A DNA stretch of 64,000 bases from Promethearchaeota archaeon (GCA_048941385.1 JBHLNR010000002.1:1506-65505), one strand, 5' to 3'; counted from the first letter of the stretch, positions 38,677 through 49,107 are shown. Numbers and translations: made by a program. The notes: a model not told the origin generated them from the sequence alone.

Positions 38677-39879
38677 TTGGTGATTTTTATTACAAGCTTG
38701 TTATTAAGTAAAGAATTAGAAGCCAAAAAGCATGTCGAGTCATTAGCTTTTAGAAGATCAGCTTCAAGTACCGGAGAAACAAAAGCTATAGATTATATAG
38801 AGAACGAACTGAAAAAAGATAACATAGACTCTCAACGTGAATATTTCCATTGGACTGGACCTACTAGACTTTTAATGAGAACCAGCTATTTAATTATTAT
38901 TACTTATCTCCTTTTATCACGTTTATTCTTGGTTATAGTTGTCTATTTTGTTATAAAACATTTGTTTGAAAGAACACGAAAAATGACCCTAATTAAAAAA
39001 GAATCATCAAAAAATATCTATACAAAAATACCTGCTAAAAGTATAGAACCAAATAGACCAATTATAATATTTTCTGCTCATTATGATTCTGTTTCAGCAA
39101 ACATTCCATATAGGCTTCAAGTATTTATGTTTTTCATATATCGATTGGTAATCGCGTTTTATATAATAATCATTATAGTTTTTTCTATATGGCTTACGCT
39201 TGATATACTAGTAATTTTTAATCTCCCCACTAATATCATAACAATTGTAGCTCTAGTCTCCTTATTCGGAATAGTTATTTCACTACCGATTCTATACCTT
39301 GTATTTAATGAAAAACCTTCCTCATGCTCGATTGATAATGCTAGTGGAGTTGCGATATTAATTGAGCTAGTAAAATTATTTAACAAGAACCCACTAGAAA
39401 ATTATGATTTATTTTTTATCTGGACGGGTGCTGAAGAGTGGGGTCTAAAGGGTTCAAAAAAATTCTGTTCTGAACATTTTAATACATTGAAAAGAGAATA
39501 TAATTTGAATAATTCTATAAATATCAATATAGACATGGTAGGGACTTATATTGGATTATTAGATAAAGCGGGATTTCCATTAAGAAAAGGAATGAATAAG
39601 GATTATAATGATCTTTTTGAGGCAACAGCAAAGTCATTGAATATCCCAATAACTAGGTATAATAAGATTATAGAGCCAAAAAGTGATCATATAATATTTC
39701 GACGATATGCTAGGAGGTCAAGAAAAAGGCTACAAACAATCTTTTTTCATTCAGATAAAGATTCTAAGTATATACACTCACTAAGAGACACGCCTGATAA
39801 AGTATTACCTGAAAATTTAAATGGGTGCTTGGGAATATGTTACCAAGCTGTAAGAACTATCGATCTTGGAATAGAGTAA
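38677..39879 (+). CDS. Membrane-embedded M28-family zinc aminopeptidase
   Basis: SAHYDSV, DNASGVAILIEL, GAEEWGLKGSKKF, NIDMVG and SDHIIF correspond to the M28 metal-ligand blocks. Several TM helices are inserted between the first two blocks. The start (TTG) is uncertain. Confidence 0.7.
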   Translation: MVIFITSLLLSKELEAKKHVESLAFRRSASSTGETKAIDYIENELKKDNIDSQREYFHWTGPTRLLMRTSYLIIITYLLLSRLFLVIVVYFVIKHLFERTRKMTLIKKESSKNIYTKIPAKSIEPNRPIIIFSAHYDSVSANIPYRLQVFMFFIYRLVIAFYIIIIIVFSIWLTLDILVIFNLPTNIITIVALVSLFGIVISLPILYLVFNEKPSSCSIDNASGVAILIELVKLFNKNPLENYDLFFIWTGAEEWGLKGSKKFCSEHFNTLKREYNLNNSININIDMVGTYIGLLDKAGFPLRKGMNKDYNDLFEATAKSLNIPITRYNKIIEPKSDHIIFRRYARRSRKRLQTIFFHSDKDSKYIHSLRDTPDKVLPENLNGCLGICYQAVRTIDLGIE

Positions 39880-39880
39880 A

Positions 39881-42800
39881 TTAAAAGAAATCTCCTAGTT
39901 TGTATTGTTTAATTTTAGGATTGTTAGTTAGACTTTCTACATATTCTTCAATTAAGCCCATCCTTTGAACAGTATATTCATCTAATTTAAAATCTTCACA
40001 TAACTTTAATGCTCTTGAGATGTATTTTTCAATTCCCCCCCGATTTACAGTTAAAATTATTCTATTTCCGCATTTAGGGCATTTCCCTGCACTTGAAAGA
40101 GGAGGTCTTCTATACTTAGAATTACATTTTACACATCTAAATGTTTGTATACTAAACTTTCTTAGGTTTCCCAAAATATCTGGATTAAAATGGGTGGAAA
40201 GTATTTTTTCCGCGACTTTTTTCGCGTCAACTGCTTTAATTAGTTTTGCTAAATGTAATTGAGCGTCTATTTTTTCATCCATAGATTCATATAATTTATA
40301 TGCTGTAGTTTTAGGGCCTTCATTTACATTTCTGGTAGGGATATTAAAGCCAATGTTTTCATATTGATCCGCGGTACCTAAACGACTACTAACTAAATTC
40401 ATTATCTCTTCTATCTTTGAAGGAGAAGTATACTGTTCAGTAGCCAAATAAAATTCTAAGGGATACTGAAATGAAGTATCAACATTATGAGCTTCTGGTT
40501 CAATTTCATTTGGATCTAATAGAGTGCCTATCACTAGAGTTGCATCCATTCTCCCACCTATTTTATTTGGTAAATAATGTCGTGAAAAATTTAATAATGG
40601 ATCCAATAGAAGCATTATACCATCTTCGTCACCATCACAATTCCGTCTTTTTGAGCTATGCCAGAATGGATGAGCATAGATAGACCTAGCAGGAGTAAAT
40701 CCAATTATCCTTCCAATTATTCCTGCACTTGTATGTGGTGCTAAACCAACTACAAGATGACCAATTAAGCCTTTTGGGTCATCAACGTTATAGAAATGAC
40801 TCATATCATAAAAATATTCTAACTCGTCATCTAAGAACTTTGCAACTTTAACAAAATATTGACCACAATCATGTGAAAGTATCACATCTTGAACCTTAAG
40901 TTCAATAATTTGGTCATCAGAATGTAGTGGTTCTCCCTTATAATCGTATTTATATCCTAATTCTTTAAGTTTTTTAATGGAAGTTCCAATTTCTTCTGGT
41001 TTAAAATGTGTTAAAGGGATATCGGTAGCATCATATCTGATTTCAGCAGTCTTATAAACTAATACGTTATTTTTAGCTCTTAAAATTCCTTTTTCTAACG
41101 GTTCTGGAACTTTAAACTGATTAGTTAACCCATAAATACCCTTTAATTTCTTTGGTAATGGAATCTTTAAAGAACGCAAAATCGAATTTACGTGGTTTTT
41201 AAGATTAAAAATTGCCTCACTAGAAGCTTTTAACAGTCCATTACATTGAGGGCATCTTTCTTCATTTTTCGGTTCGCTCGGAGGGTATAATTTTTTACAT
41301 TTTTCACAAATTGATCCTAATTCGGTATGTGTGGAACATTTTGGACATATATTAAATATACTTATTGTACCACATTTTGGGCATTTCTTTCTACATATGT
41401 CTATTTTTATTTTTTGCAGTTCAAGTGCTTTTTCTACAGACCTCGAACTTCCAACTTTATCACTTAAGGGAAATAGTGTATGAACGCCCTTCATACTTTT
41501 TCTCTCAGATTTTTCTGGTCTACCCATCCGAGATCCTATGAAATGGGGTGCTTTATTCTTAATAACTATCGAAGAAATTTTAAAAAAGGCGGAAAAAATA
41601 TTATCCTCTTTTTCAAATTTTATTTCTTTTTTATTTCCAAGGTTAAATATCTCAGTATAAATAAGGTTCCTACTCTTGCGGAATAAAATCCTATCTCCCC
41701 TTATTTTATGAACAATGAATGCTTTTTCTAGAATTTTTTTAATGTCCTCCTCATAGTTTAAAACTAACTTCTTTTCTGTCGGAGAAAACCCATCCATGAA
41801 AGCATTTCTTAAAATAAAGAGTTCTTGGATTGTAAGATTTCCCCAGAAGTCTGTAAAAATAGGATGTAAAGGGATTTGATACACTCTAGATATTTTTATT
41901 GCTTCCTCAGCTGTAGGTTTAAATTTAAAAGGATTTTCTGCTAATTCCTGCAACCTGGGATCAGAGTTTTCTTTATCTTTAAGAGCTTTCTTTAATTCCA
42001 GTGCCCACCATTCTTCTACATATCCAGATGGTATCAATTTGTGGTTGTTCTCAGTAAATTCCCCAAATCCAAAAAGAATATCTCCTAAGAATAAGACTTC
42101 ATCTATCTCAGAAAATACTTTTTTCGCCATTTTATATGAAATAACTCTTATCACATTCCCATTTTTTAATTTTACAATAGGTGGTTCAATAGAACTTACA
42201 GGACAAATACTTGTGCTCTTGCCAGGTCTTTCAATTCTAAGCTGTGTACCAATTGCTACGAAATCATCTAAAATTCCCATCGCTGCCGGATGCATACCTC
42301 CAGCAGCCAAACCAGTATTTCGAGAACGCCCATATCTTATTCTATGGCCTCCTGTCTCTGAAGGATGACTAAAAACAGGTCTTCCTGCAATAATATCGGC
42401 AACGTATTTAAAATTAGGTGCAATATATGTAATACTTTCTTTCTTCTTATTTCCACTATCAAATGACCCTTCCTTAGATTCTTCTTTTTGAGCTATTTTT
42501 TTCAAATCATCAAGCCAATCCCATCCTTCTAAATTCATAGATTTTGCAATTTTCAACAGTTTGGGGGCTTTTAATAAAATTCCATCGTTTAATACCAAGC
42601 AAGCTCCACCTCTAATGTTATTTGTCTCAATTCTGGGTAAATCTCTAAAAGCAGATACTTCTTCAACCTCAGTCGAATCCCCATTAATTTCAATTGGTAA
42701 ATTTTTCACAGCATATCTAATCTCACGATTAGAAGAGGGGTACTGGAGATGAACATTTCTGTCATAAAGCTTTACCTCTTCTACATATCTTCCTATTTCT

Positions 42801-43336
42801 GCTTCAGTAGCTTCATATTTCGGAATATTTGATTTCCTTCTAACATAATCAGCAATTAGTACACATAAAGCCGCAGTTGTCCCCCCAGCAGCTCTTATTG
42901 GTCCAGCAAAAAATAAAGATAAATACTTTTTTCCAGATTGATCTGTCCGAATTAAAATTTTGGAAATCCCCTCAAGCGGAGCGCTAACTACTCCCATTGT
43001 TTTTATGGCTAATCCTGCTCTTATAGCTCTTTCTACGCGTTCTTCTAGAGAATCAATATTTCCAATTTTTTTATCTAATATGTCAGTAACAACCTTAAAA
43101 ACAATTTCATCATCATTTAATCCATTTTTTTTTAAATCTCTTATGACTTCAGCTATCCCATCTGGACCAACTAATTTTTCAACTCTTCCTGCAAGATCCT
43201 TTGCTTGTGGGCATTCTACGTATTTTTCTGGATCATATCCTTTTCTGCGTGCTTCTTCTGCAATAGAATAACAGTGATCTACTTGATTTTGAATTGAAGT
43301 GAAATATTCTTCTATTTCTTTGTTCATTTCTGTCAT
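39881..43336 (-). CDS. polD2: DNA polymerase D (Pol II) large catalytic subunit DP2
   Basis: 1151 aa, archaeal PolD size without an intein. It has multiple Cys4 zinc modules (CPKCG..CPKC, CEKC..CPQC, CVKC..CPKCG) and sits divergent from the DP1 gene. Confidence 0.95.
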   Translation of the reverse strand: MTEMNKEIEEYFTSIQNQVDHCYSIAEEARRKGYDPEKYVECPQAKDLAGRVEKLVGPDGIAEVIRDLKKNGLNDDEIVFKVVTDILDKKIGNIDSLEERVERAIRAGLAIKTMGVVSAPLEGISKILIRTDQSGKKYLSLFFAGPIRAAGGTTAALCVLIADYVRRKSNIPKYEATEAEIGRYVEEVKLYDRNVHLQYPSSNREIRYAVKNLPIEINGDSTEVEEVSAFRDLPRIETNNIRGGACLVLNDGILLKAPKLLKIAKSMNLEGWDWLDDLKKIAQKEESKEGSFDSGNKKKESITYIAPNFKYVADIIAGRPVFSHPSETGGHRIRYGRSRNTGLAAGGMHPAAMGILDDFVAIGTQLRIERPGKSTSICPVSSIEPPIVKLKNGNVIRVISYKMAKKVFSEIDEVLFLGDILFGFGEFTENNHKLIPSGYVEEWWALELKKALKDKENSDPRLQELAENPFKFKPTAEEAIKISRVYQIPLHPIFTDFWGNLTIQELFILRNAFMDGFSPTEKKLVLNYEEDIKKILEKAFIVHKIRGDRILFRKSRNLIYTEIFNLGNKKEIKFEKEDNIFSAFFKISSIVIKNKAPHFIGSRMGRPEKSERKSMKGVHTLFPLSDKVGSSRSVEKALELQKIKIDICRKKCPKCGTISIFNICPKCSTHTELGSICEKCKKLYPPSEPKNEERCPQCNGLLKASSEAIFNLKNHVNSILRSLKIPLPKKLKGIYGLTNQFKVPEPLEKGILRAKNNVLVYKTAEIRYDATDIPLTHFKPEEIGTSIKKLKELGYKYDYKGEPLHSDDQIIELKVQDVILSHDCGQYFVKVAKFLDDELEYFYDMSHFYNVDDPKGLIGHLVVGLAPHTSAGIIGRIIGFTPARSIYAHPFWHSSKRRNCDGDEDGIMLLLDPLLNFSRHYLPNKIGGRMDATLVIGTLLDPNEIEPEAHNVDTSFQYPLEFYLATEQYTSPSKIEEIMNLVSSRLGTADQYENIGFNIPTRNVNEGPKTTAYKLYESMDEKIDAQLHLAKLIKAVDAKKVAEKILSTHFNPDILGNLRKFSIQTFRCVKCNSKYRRPPLSSAGKCPKCGNRIILTVNRGGIEKYISRALKLCEDFKLDEYTVQRMGLIEEYVESLTNNPKIKQYKLGDFF

Positions 43337-43563
43337 GAGGTACCCTTTCTAAAAATTAGACATTAATTCTAAGCAATAATTTATAGATATTATAATAGAT
43401 ATTTCCTAACATAAATTAAATTCATTTATTAATCTGCTATTTTATTTATAAAGGGGATGAGAATGTTAATTTTTGACACTCTTTTGAATTAAAAGGAACT
43501 AATGTTTTTCCTTTAATAAAAAATGATTTAATTTTATTATGCAATATTTAATTAATTTCAATC

Positions 43564-45357
43564 TTGGAATGGGGTACCGTGAAAACTGAGAATATTGAAG
43601 TAAAAAAGACGATCGTAAAAAAATTAGTGAATTCAGGTATTAATATAACTCCTTCTCTTCTAGACTTTATATTAGATCTCGAAGATCCTCTTACTAAAAT
43701 AAATCTAATAATTAAAGATACATCCTTTATAGCAAGTTTTAGAAGTCATTTAACAGAAAACATTTTGGAAATGACTTCTAATGAAGAAATAAAGAAAATA
43801 ATGAAAAGAAAATTCCTTAAACAAGAAATTCGCTCAAATGAGGATAATTTAAAAGTGCAACATGAATTAGATAAACCTCAAGATAGTATTTCTGAAAAAA
43901 TTATCTCTTATTCCTCAGAAAGTACTGAAACTCCAGTTAAAAAAGCTAATCGCAACAAATCGAAAAAATTTCCCTCTATATTACAGGAATATAGCAGTTA
44001 TTCTACTCAAGAGGAACTAAACAAAAAACCCAAGGAAAAATTACTAGAAGGAACTAATTCTACCCTTACATTTAAAGCTATAGCGAAGGATTATGCTTCA
44101 CAATATGAAATTCTTAAAGATCCTACTGGAAAGTTGTATACTAATGGAGAATATAAGGATTTTTATGATCTAACCTTGGATAAGTTCAATAAACTTAGGA
44201 ATTTAATGAGGAAAAGAACAGAAGTTCACAATGCTGATAACATCAATAATATATTAAGATTGTCCAATAGAGTAGAGGTATCTGCGATTGGTCTTGTAAA
44301 TGAGATTAGAATGACTAAAAACGGATTTTATTTAATTACTTTAGAGGATCTTACTGGCCTAATCAATATAATAATTAGAAAAGATACGGAAAATCAAGAT
44401 AATGTAAAAATAGCCGAAAGAACTCTCAGTGATCAAATGCTGTATATAGAAGGTACTTATAATCCTGGTGATAAGGGTAAACCAGGTGTAATCTATGGGA
44501 ATTATATCTCAAAGATTGATACCCCACGAGATTTTGAACCAAATAAATCTAACGATCCATTATCTATAGTCTTAATTTCTGATACTCATATAGGTAGTAA
44601 AGAATTTGAAGCTAAAATATGGAAAAGATTCGTGGAATTTTTAAATGGAAAAATAGGGAATAAATCTCAGAGAGAAAGAGCTGGTAGAATTAAATATTTA
44701 GTAATAAATGGAGATCTGGTCGATGGAATTGGAGTATATCCATCACAAGAAAATGATCTTCTCATCTCTAATATATATGAGCAGTTTGGTAAAGCAGCAG
44801 AACTTCTTTCCGAAGTTCCAGAATATATTAAAATCCTTTATAGCTCAGGAAATCACGAACCAGTAAGAAATGCAATTCCTAGACCTGCTGTTCCAAAAAA
44901 ATACTCAAAAGACCTTATTGATATAGGAGTAACATGCCTAGGAAATCCCTCTCTTATTAAAACTCATGATGTAAATACACTAATTTTCCATGGCGATAGT
45001 ATTCTTGACTTGAATATGCTAATTCCGGGAATGGAAAATACTAAATCCGCTGAGACTATGAAAGAATTCTTAAAATGTAGGCATTTGGCCCCGGTCTATG
45101 GTAAAAAAACCCAGATTGCTCCCACTAATAAGGATTGGCTTGTAATTGATAAAATTCCAGATATTTTCCACACAGGTCATATCCACATTAATGATATGGA
45201 TACTTATAATAATGTAATATTGGTTAATTCAGGATGTTTTCAAAGTCAAACCGAATTTATGAATTCTTTGGGTATACACCCTACACCAGGAATTTTATCT
45301 ATTGTTGACTTAGATACCTTAAGAGGAACTCAACTAGACTTGAAAAGCAGTATGTAA
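43564..45357 (+). CDS. polD1: DNA polymerase D small subunit DP1 (Mre11-like phosphodiesterase/exonuclease)
   Basis: The C-terminal calcineurin-like PDE motifs are present (LISDTHIGS, INGDLVDG, GNHE, FHGD, GHIH), preceded by an OB-like region. The start (TTG 43564 versus GTG 43579) is uncertain. Confidence 0.9.
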   Translation: MEWGTVKTENIEVKKTIVKKLVNSGINITPSLLDFILDLEDPLTKINLIIKDTSFIASFRSHLTENILEMTSNEEIKKIMKRKFLKQEIRSNEDNLKVQHELDKPQDSISEKIISYSSESTETPVKKANRNKSKKFPSILQEYSSYSTQEELNKKPKEKLLEGTNSTLTFKAIAKDYASQYEILKDPTGKLYTNGEYKDFYDLTLDKFNKLRNLMRKRTEVHNADNINNILRLSNRVEVSAIGLVNEIRMTKNGFYLITLEDLTGLINIIIRKDTENQDNVKIAERTLSDQMLYIEGTYNPGDKGKPGVIYGNYISKIDTPRDFEPNKSNDPLSIVLISDTHIGSKEFEAKIWKRFVEFLNGKIGNKSQRERAGRIKYLVINGDLVDGIGVYPSQENDLLISNIYEQFGKAAELLSEVPEYIKILYSSGNHEPVRNAIPRPAVPKKYSKDLIDIGVTCLGNPSLIKTHDVNTLIFHGDSILDLNMLIPGMENTKSAETMKEFLKCRHLAPVYGKKTQIAPTNKDWLVIDKIPDIFHTGHIHINDMDTYNNVILVNSGCFQSQTEFMNSLGIHPTPGILSIVDLDTLRGTQLDLKSSM

Positions 45358-45396
45358 CAAATCAAATTAATAATATATAAAACATGATAATATACT

Positions 45397-46080
45397 ATGA
45401 ACTTAGCAATTCCTCGCGAAAATAATACAGAGTTACTAGTATATCTTTGGAAAATTATAGATTTACCAAACATTAAATTGAATGACCTATTATATAGAAT
45501 TTCATACGAGCTCTTTCTACTCCCTCCGGATAGGGGTAAAGATTTTATTAAAAACTGCCTTAAAGACAATTTGTTAACTGAGGATGACAATGGGAATCTT
45601 AGTTTATCCCCTTCTTTAAACGAGAGACTAATAAAATGGCAAAAAAGAAGAAAAAAAGAAATTTTGAAAAAAATGGAATCTGTTGAGAAGAAAGATCGAC
45701 TAGCCACTAGTATTGAACATGATCAAAAATCTAGCTTTAGTATTTTTATAAAATCTTTTGCTGAAAAAGGGACAATAAATAGAGCTGTAAATATATCAAA
45801 CAACGCGTTTGAGATAAAAGAGTTTGATAAGGAAAGAAATATTATAAAATCATCAGTTGTAGGTTCTAAGGAAGAATCCTATCACTTAGAGATCAATCTA
45901 GAAAATAAATTATTATTACATAATTGCCATGATTTTATAACAAGAAAGAGTAAGGTCAAACATTTTTGTAAACATCTAGTAAAATTCTTCTTACTTTTAA
46001 GAGAGAAATTTCCAATAACAGCAGAAACACTCATTAAGGATTTAGGAGACCATATAGACAAATGGGAATTTAGTTCCTAA
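45397..46080 (+). CDS. Hypothetical protein with a C-terminal SWIM-like zinc-finger motif
   Basis: 227 aa. HNCHDF-x10-FCKHLVKF resembles the SWIM signature CxCxDF...CKHI, with His replacing the first Cys. It lies between DP1 and the convergent cdc6. Confidence 0.5.
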   Translation: MNLAIPRENNTELLVYLWKIIDLPNIKLNDLLYRISYELFLLPPDRGKDFIKNCLKDNLLTEDDNGNLSLSPSLNERLIKWQKRRKKEILKKMESVEKKDRLATSIEHDQKSSFSIFIKSFAEKGTINRAVNISNNAFEIKEFDKERNIIKSSVVGSKEESYHLEINLENKLLLHNCHDFITRKSKVKHFCKHLVKFFLLLREKFPITAETLIKDLGDHIDKWEFSS

Positions 46081-47384
46081 ATTAGTTTCTTAAAGATATT
46101 GTTTTTTAATTTAACTTTATCAGTTTGCAATAATATTGGTTTATGATTTAATATTCCTTGAATTTTATCAATCTCATAAAGCGCTTTTTCAATAATATCT
46201 ATTCCAATATCAAATTTAATAATTTTAGTTCTCCCGTAGTGTCCCATTGATTTAACTTCTGCGATAATTATCCCTGCTAATGCTAACTCGTTTATATAAT
46301 CGCTAATCCTCCTTTTTGTTAATTGACGGACACCAGGAATCAATCCTTTTATTTCAGAATGAACTTCATAGATATCACCTGAAATAATTATATGATCCAG
46401 ATTAAATTTTGAGATTAGATAGATTGAAGTTAAAATCAATTGAGCTTGAAGTGGTAACCCTTTAATAAATTCCATGATATAATCTTTTTCTATATCTTCT
46501 TGAGCTTTTTCAACATACTTTGACGTCACAATTTTGCTTTGAGCTCTTTCGGCTAATTCTCCTGCCTTCCTTAGTAGTTGTAATGCTTTTCTAGCATCTC
46601 CATGTTCTTTTGCGGCTATTGCTGCACATAGAGGAATAACATCTTCCTTTAATACATGTTCATGAAAAGTAATTTTAGCTCTCTCATTTAGGATATCTCT
46701 AAGCTCACTTGCATCATATGATGGAAAAACAATATGTTCTTCTCCTAAACTAGATAAAATTCTTGGATCCAAACTATTTCTAAACTTTAATTTGTTAGAG
46801 ATCCCTATAATACTAGTTTTGCAGTTATCTAAATTCTCATTTAATCGAGTTAAATCATATAATATTTCGTTTCCACCTTTTTTGTCTACTAAAATATCTA
46901 TCTCATCTAGTACGAGGAAGCATATAGAATCCCTTACTTTAGAATCAAGCAGACCAAGTAGTTTCTTGAATATTATATCTTTAGGAAGACCCGTTGGAGG
47001 AATTTTCTCTTCCCTTGAGATTGTATTATAAATATGTGCTAAAATACGATATGGGGTGGAAACTACATTACAGTTGATATATATCCACCATGGTTTAATC
47101 TCTGAAGTTTGTTGTGCTAATTTTTGACTTACATATCGTATTGTAGCAGTTTTTCCTGTTCCAGTTTGACCATAACATAAGAAACTTGGGGGTGCGTCTC
47201 CTAATAAGGCACAAGCAGTTTTTTCTGCAATATCTTTCATCTGAACATCGCGGTGAGGTAATATTTCAGGAATATAAGATGGTTCTAATGCATTTCGATT
47301 GTTGAAAATTTTTGGGCCTTTAAGGTAATTCTTGTAGAATTTATCAATATTAAATTGATAATTATCATCATGATTCTTCAACAA
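46077..47384 (-). CDS. cdc6: Orc1/Cdc6 replication initiator (AAA+ plus winged helix)
   Basis: Walker A GQTGTGKT, Walker B LVLDEID, sensor blocks GISN and GDARKALQLL, and a C-terminal winged-helix domain. Confidence 0.9.
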   Translation of the reverse strand: MLKNHDDNYQFNIDKFYKNYLKGPKIFNNRNALEPSYIPEILPHRDVQMKDIAEKTACALLGDAPPSFLCYGQTGTGKTATIRYVSQKLAQQTSEIKPWWIYINCNVVSTPYRILAHIYNTISREEKIPPTGLPKDIIFKKLLGLLDSKVRDSICFLVLDEIDILVDKKGGNEILYDLTRLNENLDNCKTSIIGISNKLKFRNSLDPRILSSLGEEHIVFPSYDASELRDILNERAKITFHEHVLKEDVIPLCAAIAAKEHGDARKALQLLRKAGELAERAQSKIVTSKYVEKAQEDIEKDYIMEFIKGLPLQAQLILTSIYLISKFNLDHIIISGDIYEVHSEIKGLIPGVRQLTKRRISDYINELALAGIIIAEVKSMGHYGRTKIIKFDIGIDIIEKALYEIDKIQGILNHKPILLQTDKVKLKNNIFKKLI

Positions 47385-47708
47385 TTATAGCACCGTCTAT
47401 TCATTTAAATTAGTGAACTTTTTTCCACTCGAAATATCGTATTATACAATATTTCTATTGCATTTATAAACTTAATTGTTAATCTTTAATTTAATAGAAA
47501 AATGTTAAAGCTTTAATATTTGATTTTGAATAATCTTTTTAATAAGTTATATATTTATTGTCGGTACTTTAAAAGAATATTATTTATGAAGCAATATTTA
47601 TTAAGATCTAGTTAATAAAATTTGCTTAATAAAAATTTAATTTAAACATTAATTTGGTTAATTATTTAATTTAATATTAAAGTCTTTCACAGAGGATAGT
47701 TACAACTT
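47385..47708. other. Candidate replication origin region (extremely AT-rich gap upstream of cdc6 with one ORB-like element)
   Basis: A 324-bp non-coding gap lies immediately 5' of cdc6. TTCCACTCGAAAT at 47423-47435 resembles the mini-ORB core TTCCAGTGGAAAT as I recall it. I found only one copy. Confidence 0.3.
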
Positions 47709-48479
47709 TTGGTAACACCAGATACAACAGTAGAAAGAGAAAAGAGAAATAAGAGGATCGCATTTATATTAGCTTTAATATTCACGGGTTTAATCCTTGT
47801 TGATTTTCTCGTTATTTCCGTATACTTTTCATGGGCAGATTGGGTTAGTTTACTAATTTTTTCATTATTATTGATAGTACCAGCTTATATTTCTAATGCT
47901 TCAATGGTTATCACGGGTGGAGGCCGACCAATTGATGGAGGAAAAGTTTTTAAGGATGGTAGAAGAATATTGGGAGATCATAAAACTGTAAATGGATTAA
48001 AAGGACCATTATATGTAGGTATTCCTCTTTCATTTATCATATATCTAATATTTATAGTACTTTGGGCCCCGATAAAAGAGACAATAATTCAAGCGTCAAG
48101 TGAGGGGCAGTATGTACTTTATAATGATATTAACACCTTTCAGTATTACTTTATTGGGGGTCAAATTCCCTTGAATTTTTTTGTCTTATTAGTTAGAATT
48201 GTACTTGCTTCTTATGGTGCTGTTTTAGGAGATTTAGTTGGTTCTTTTTTAAAAAGAAGATTTGATATTAAGAGTGGCGCACCTTTTTGGATTATTGATC
48301 AATTGGATTTTGCATTAATGGCATTATTATTTGTTACAATACCCGGATTTATCTGGCCAACAGTATTTCTATTGCCTGATATTCATATCTTTATATTTTT
48401 ACTTATAATAACACCAGCAGTAAGTATTATTGCCAATACTGTTGCATATATAGTAGGGTTAAAGTCTGTACCCTACTAA
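47709..48479 (+). CDS. carS: CDP-archaeol synthase-like membrane protein
   Basis: GGRPIDGGKVFKDGRRILGDHKTVNGL matches the CarS signature (P-x-D-x-G...DG-x-R-x-LGD-x-KT-x-xG), and a later GDLVGSFLKRR block is also present. At 256 aa it is longer than the typical ~180 aa. The start is TTG. Confidence 0.6.
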   Translation: MVTPDTTVEREKRNKRIAFILALIFTGLILVDFLVISVYFSWADWVSLLIFSLLLIVPAYISNASMVITGGGRPIDGGKVFKDGRRILGDHKTVNGLKGPLYVGIPLSFIIYLIFIVLWAPIKETIIQASSEGQYVLYNDINTFQYYFIGGQIPLNFFVLLVRIVLASYGAVLGDLVGSFLKRRFDIKSGAPFWIIDQLDFALMALLFVTIPGFIWPTVFLLPDIHIFIFLLIITPAVSIIANTVAYIVGLKSVPY

Positions 48480-48484
48480 AAAAT

Positions 48485-48988
48485 TTAACCCAAAACTTTA
48501 CACTTAATTTCCAATGGTGTTATTTTATTTTCGAGAATAATATAGTTCCGACATAATTCATTAAGACATTTTATGTATTCTCCTTTTCGTCCAATAGCAA
48601 TACCTCTATCCCTGTAATTCAAAAAATACAATGAAATTTCTCTTTCACCTGACGAATCATCATTTTCTATTCTGATATCATGAATATATAAATCTGGAAA
48701 GAAACTAAATAGCAAATTAATGAAAATGTTATCAACTCTTATAATTAACACCTTTTTGGGCGCAATCTCCCTTCTCATAGAGTCTAAATATATTTTGGAA
48801 GTAAAGTATCTGTCTTTTTTTACAAAAAAGAAGATGAATTTGTTAATTACTACTATAAATTCAGGAAATATTCCTTTAGTTTTGTTGTAGAAGTAGTGAC
48901 TTAACTTAAGTTCAAAATTAGAATATTTTCTTACAAATGAAAGCATTTGATAGAAATATAAATCATCTATGATAGTGTAAAAACCCAT
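48485..48988 (-). CDS. Hypothetical protein with a possible KH-like GxxG motif
   Basis: 167 aa. IAIGRKGEYIKCLNEL resembles a KH-domain GxxG loop, but the rest is unrecognised. Confidence 0.3.
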   Translation of the reverse strand: MGFYTIIDDLYFYQMLSFVRKYSNFELKLSHYFYNKTKGIFPEFIVVINKFIFFFVKKDRYFTSKIYLDSMRREIAPKKVLIIRVDNIFINLLFSFFPDLYIHDIRIENDDSSGEREISLYFLNYRDRGIAIGRKGEYIKCLNELCRNYIILENKITPLEIKCKVLG

Positions 48989-49107
48989 AATTAATTTTCT
49001 TTAATATTCATTTTAAATTAAACGAATAATTCCACAATTTAATTATAGTTTGAATTCATTAAAACTTACTAAAGTGGAAAAAATGCATTTTTAGGTCTAT
49101 ATTAAAT

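Noticed and set aside
45330-45707. A 125-aa minus-strand ORF overlapping the end of DP1 and the start of the SWIM-like gene.
   Set aside because: Its sequence is low-complexity and F/S/L-rich, typical of an antisense reading of AT-rich coding DNA. The plus-strand ORF is longer, has a recognisable C-terminal motif and fits the gene spacing.
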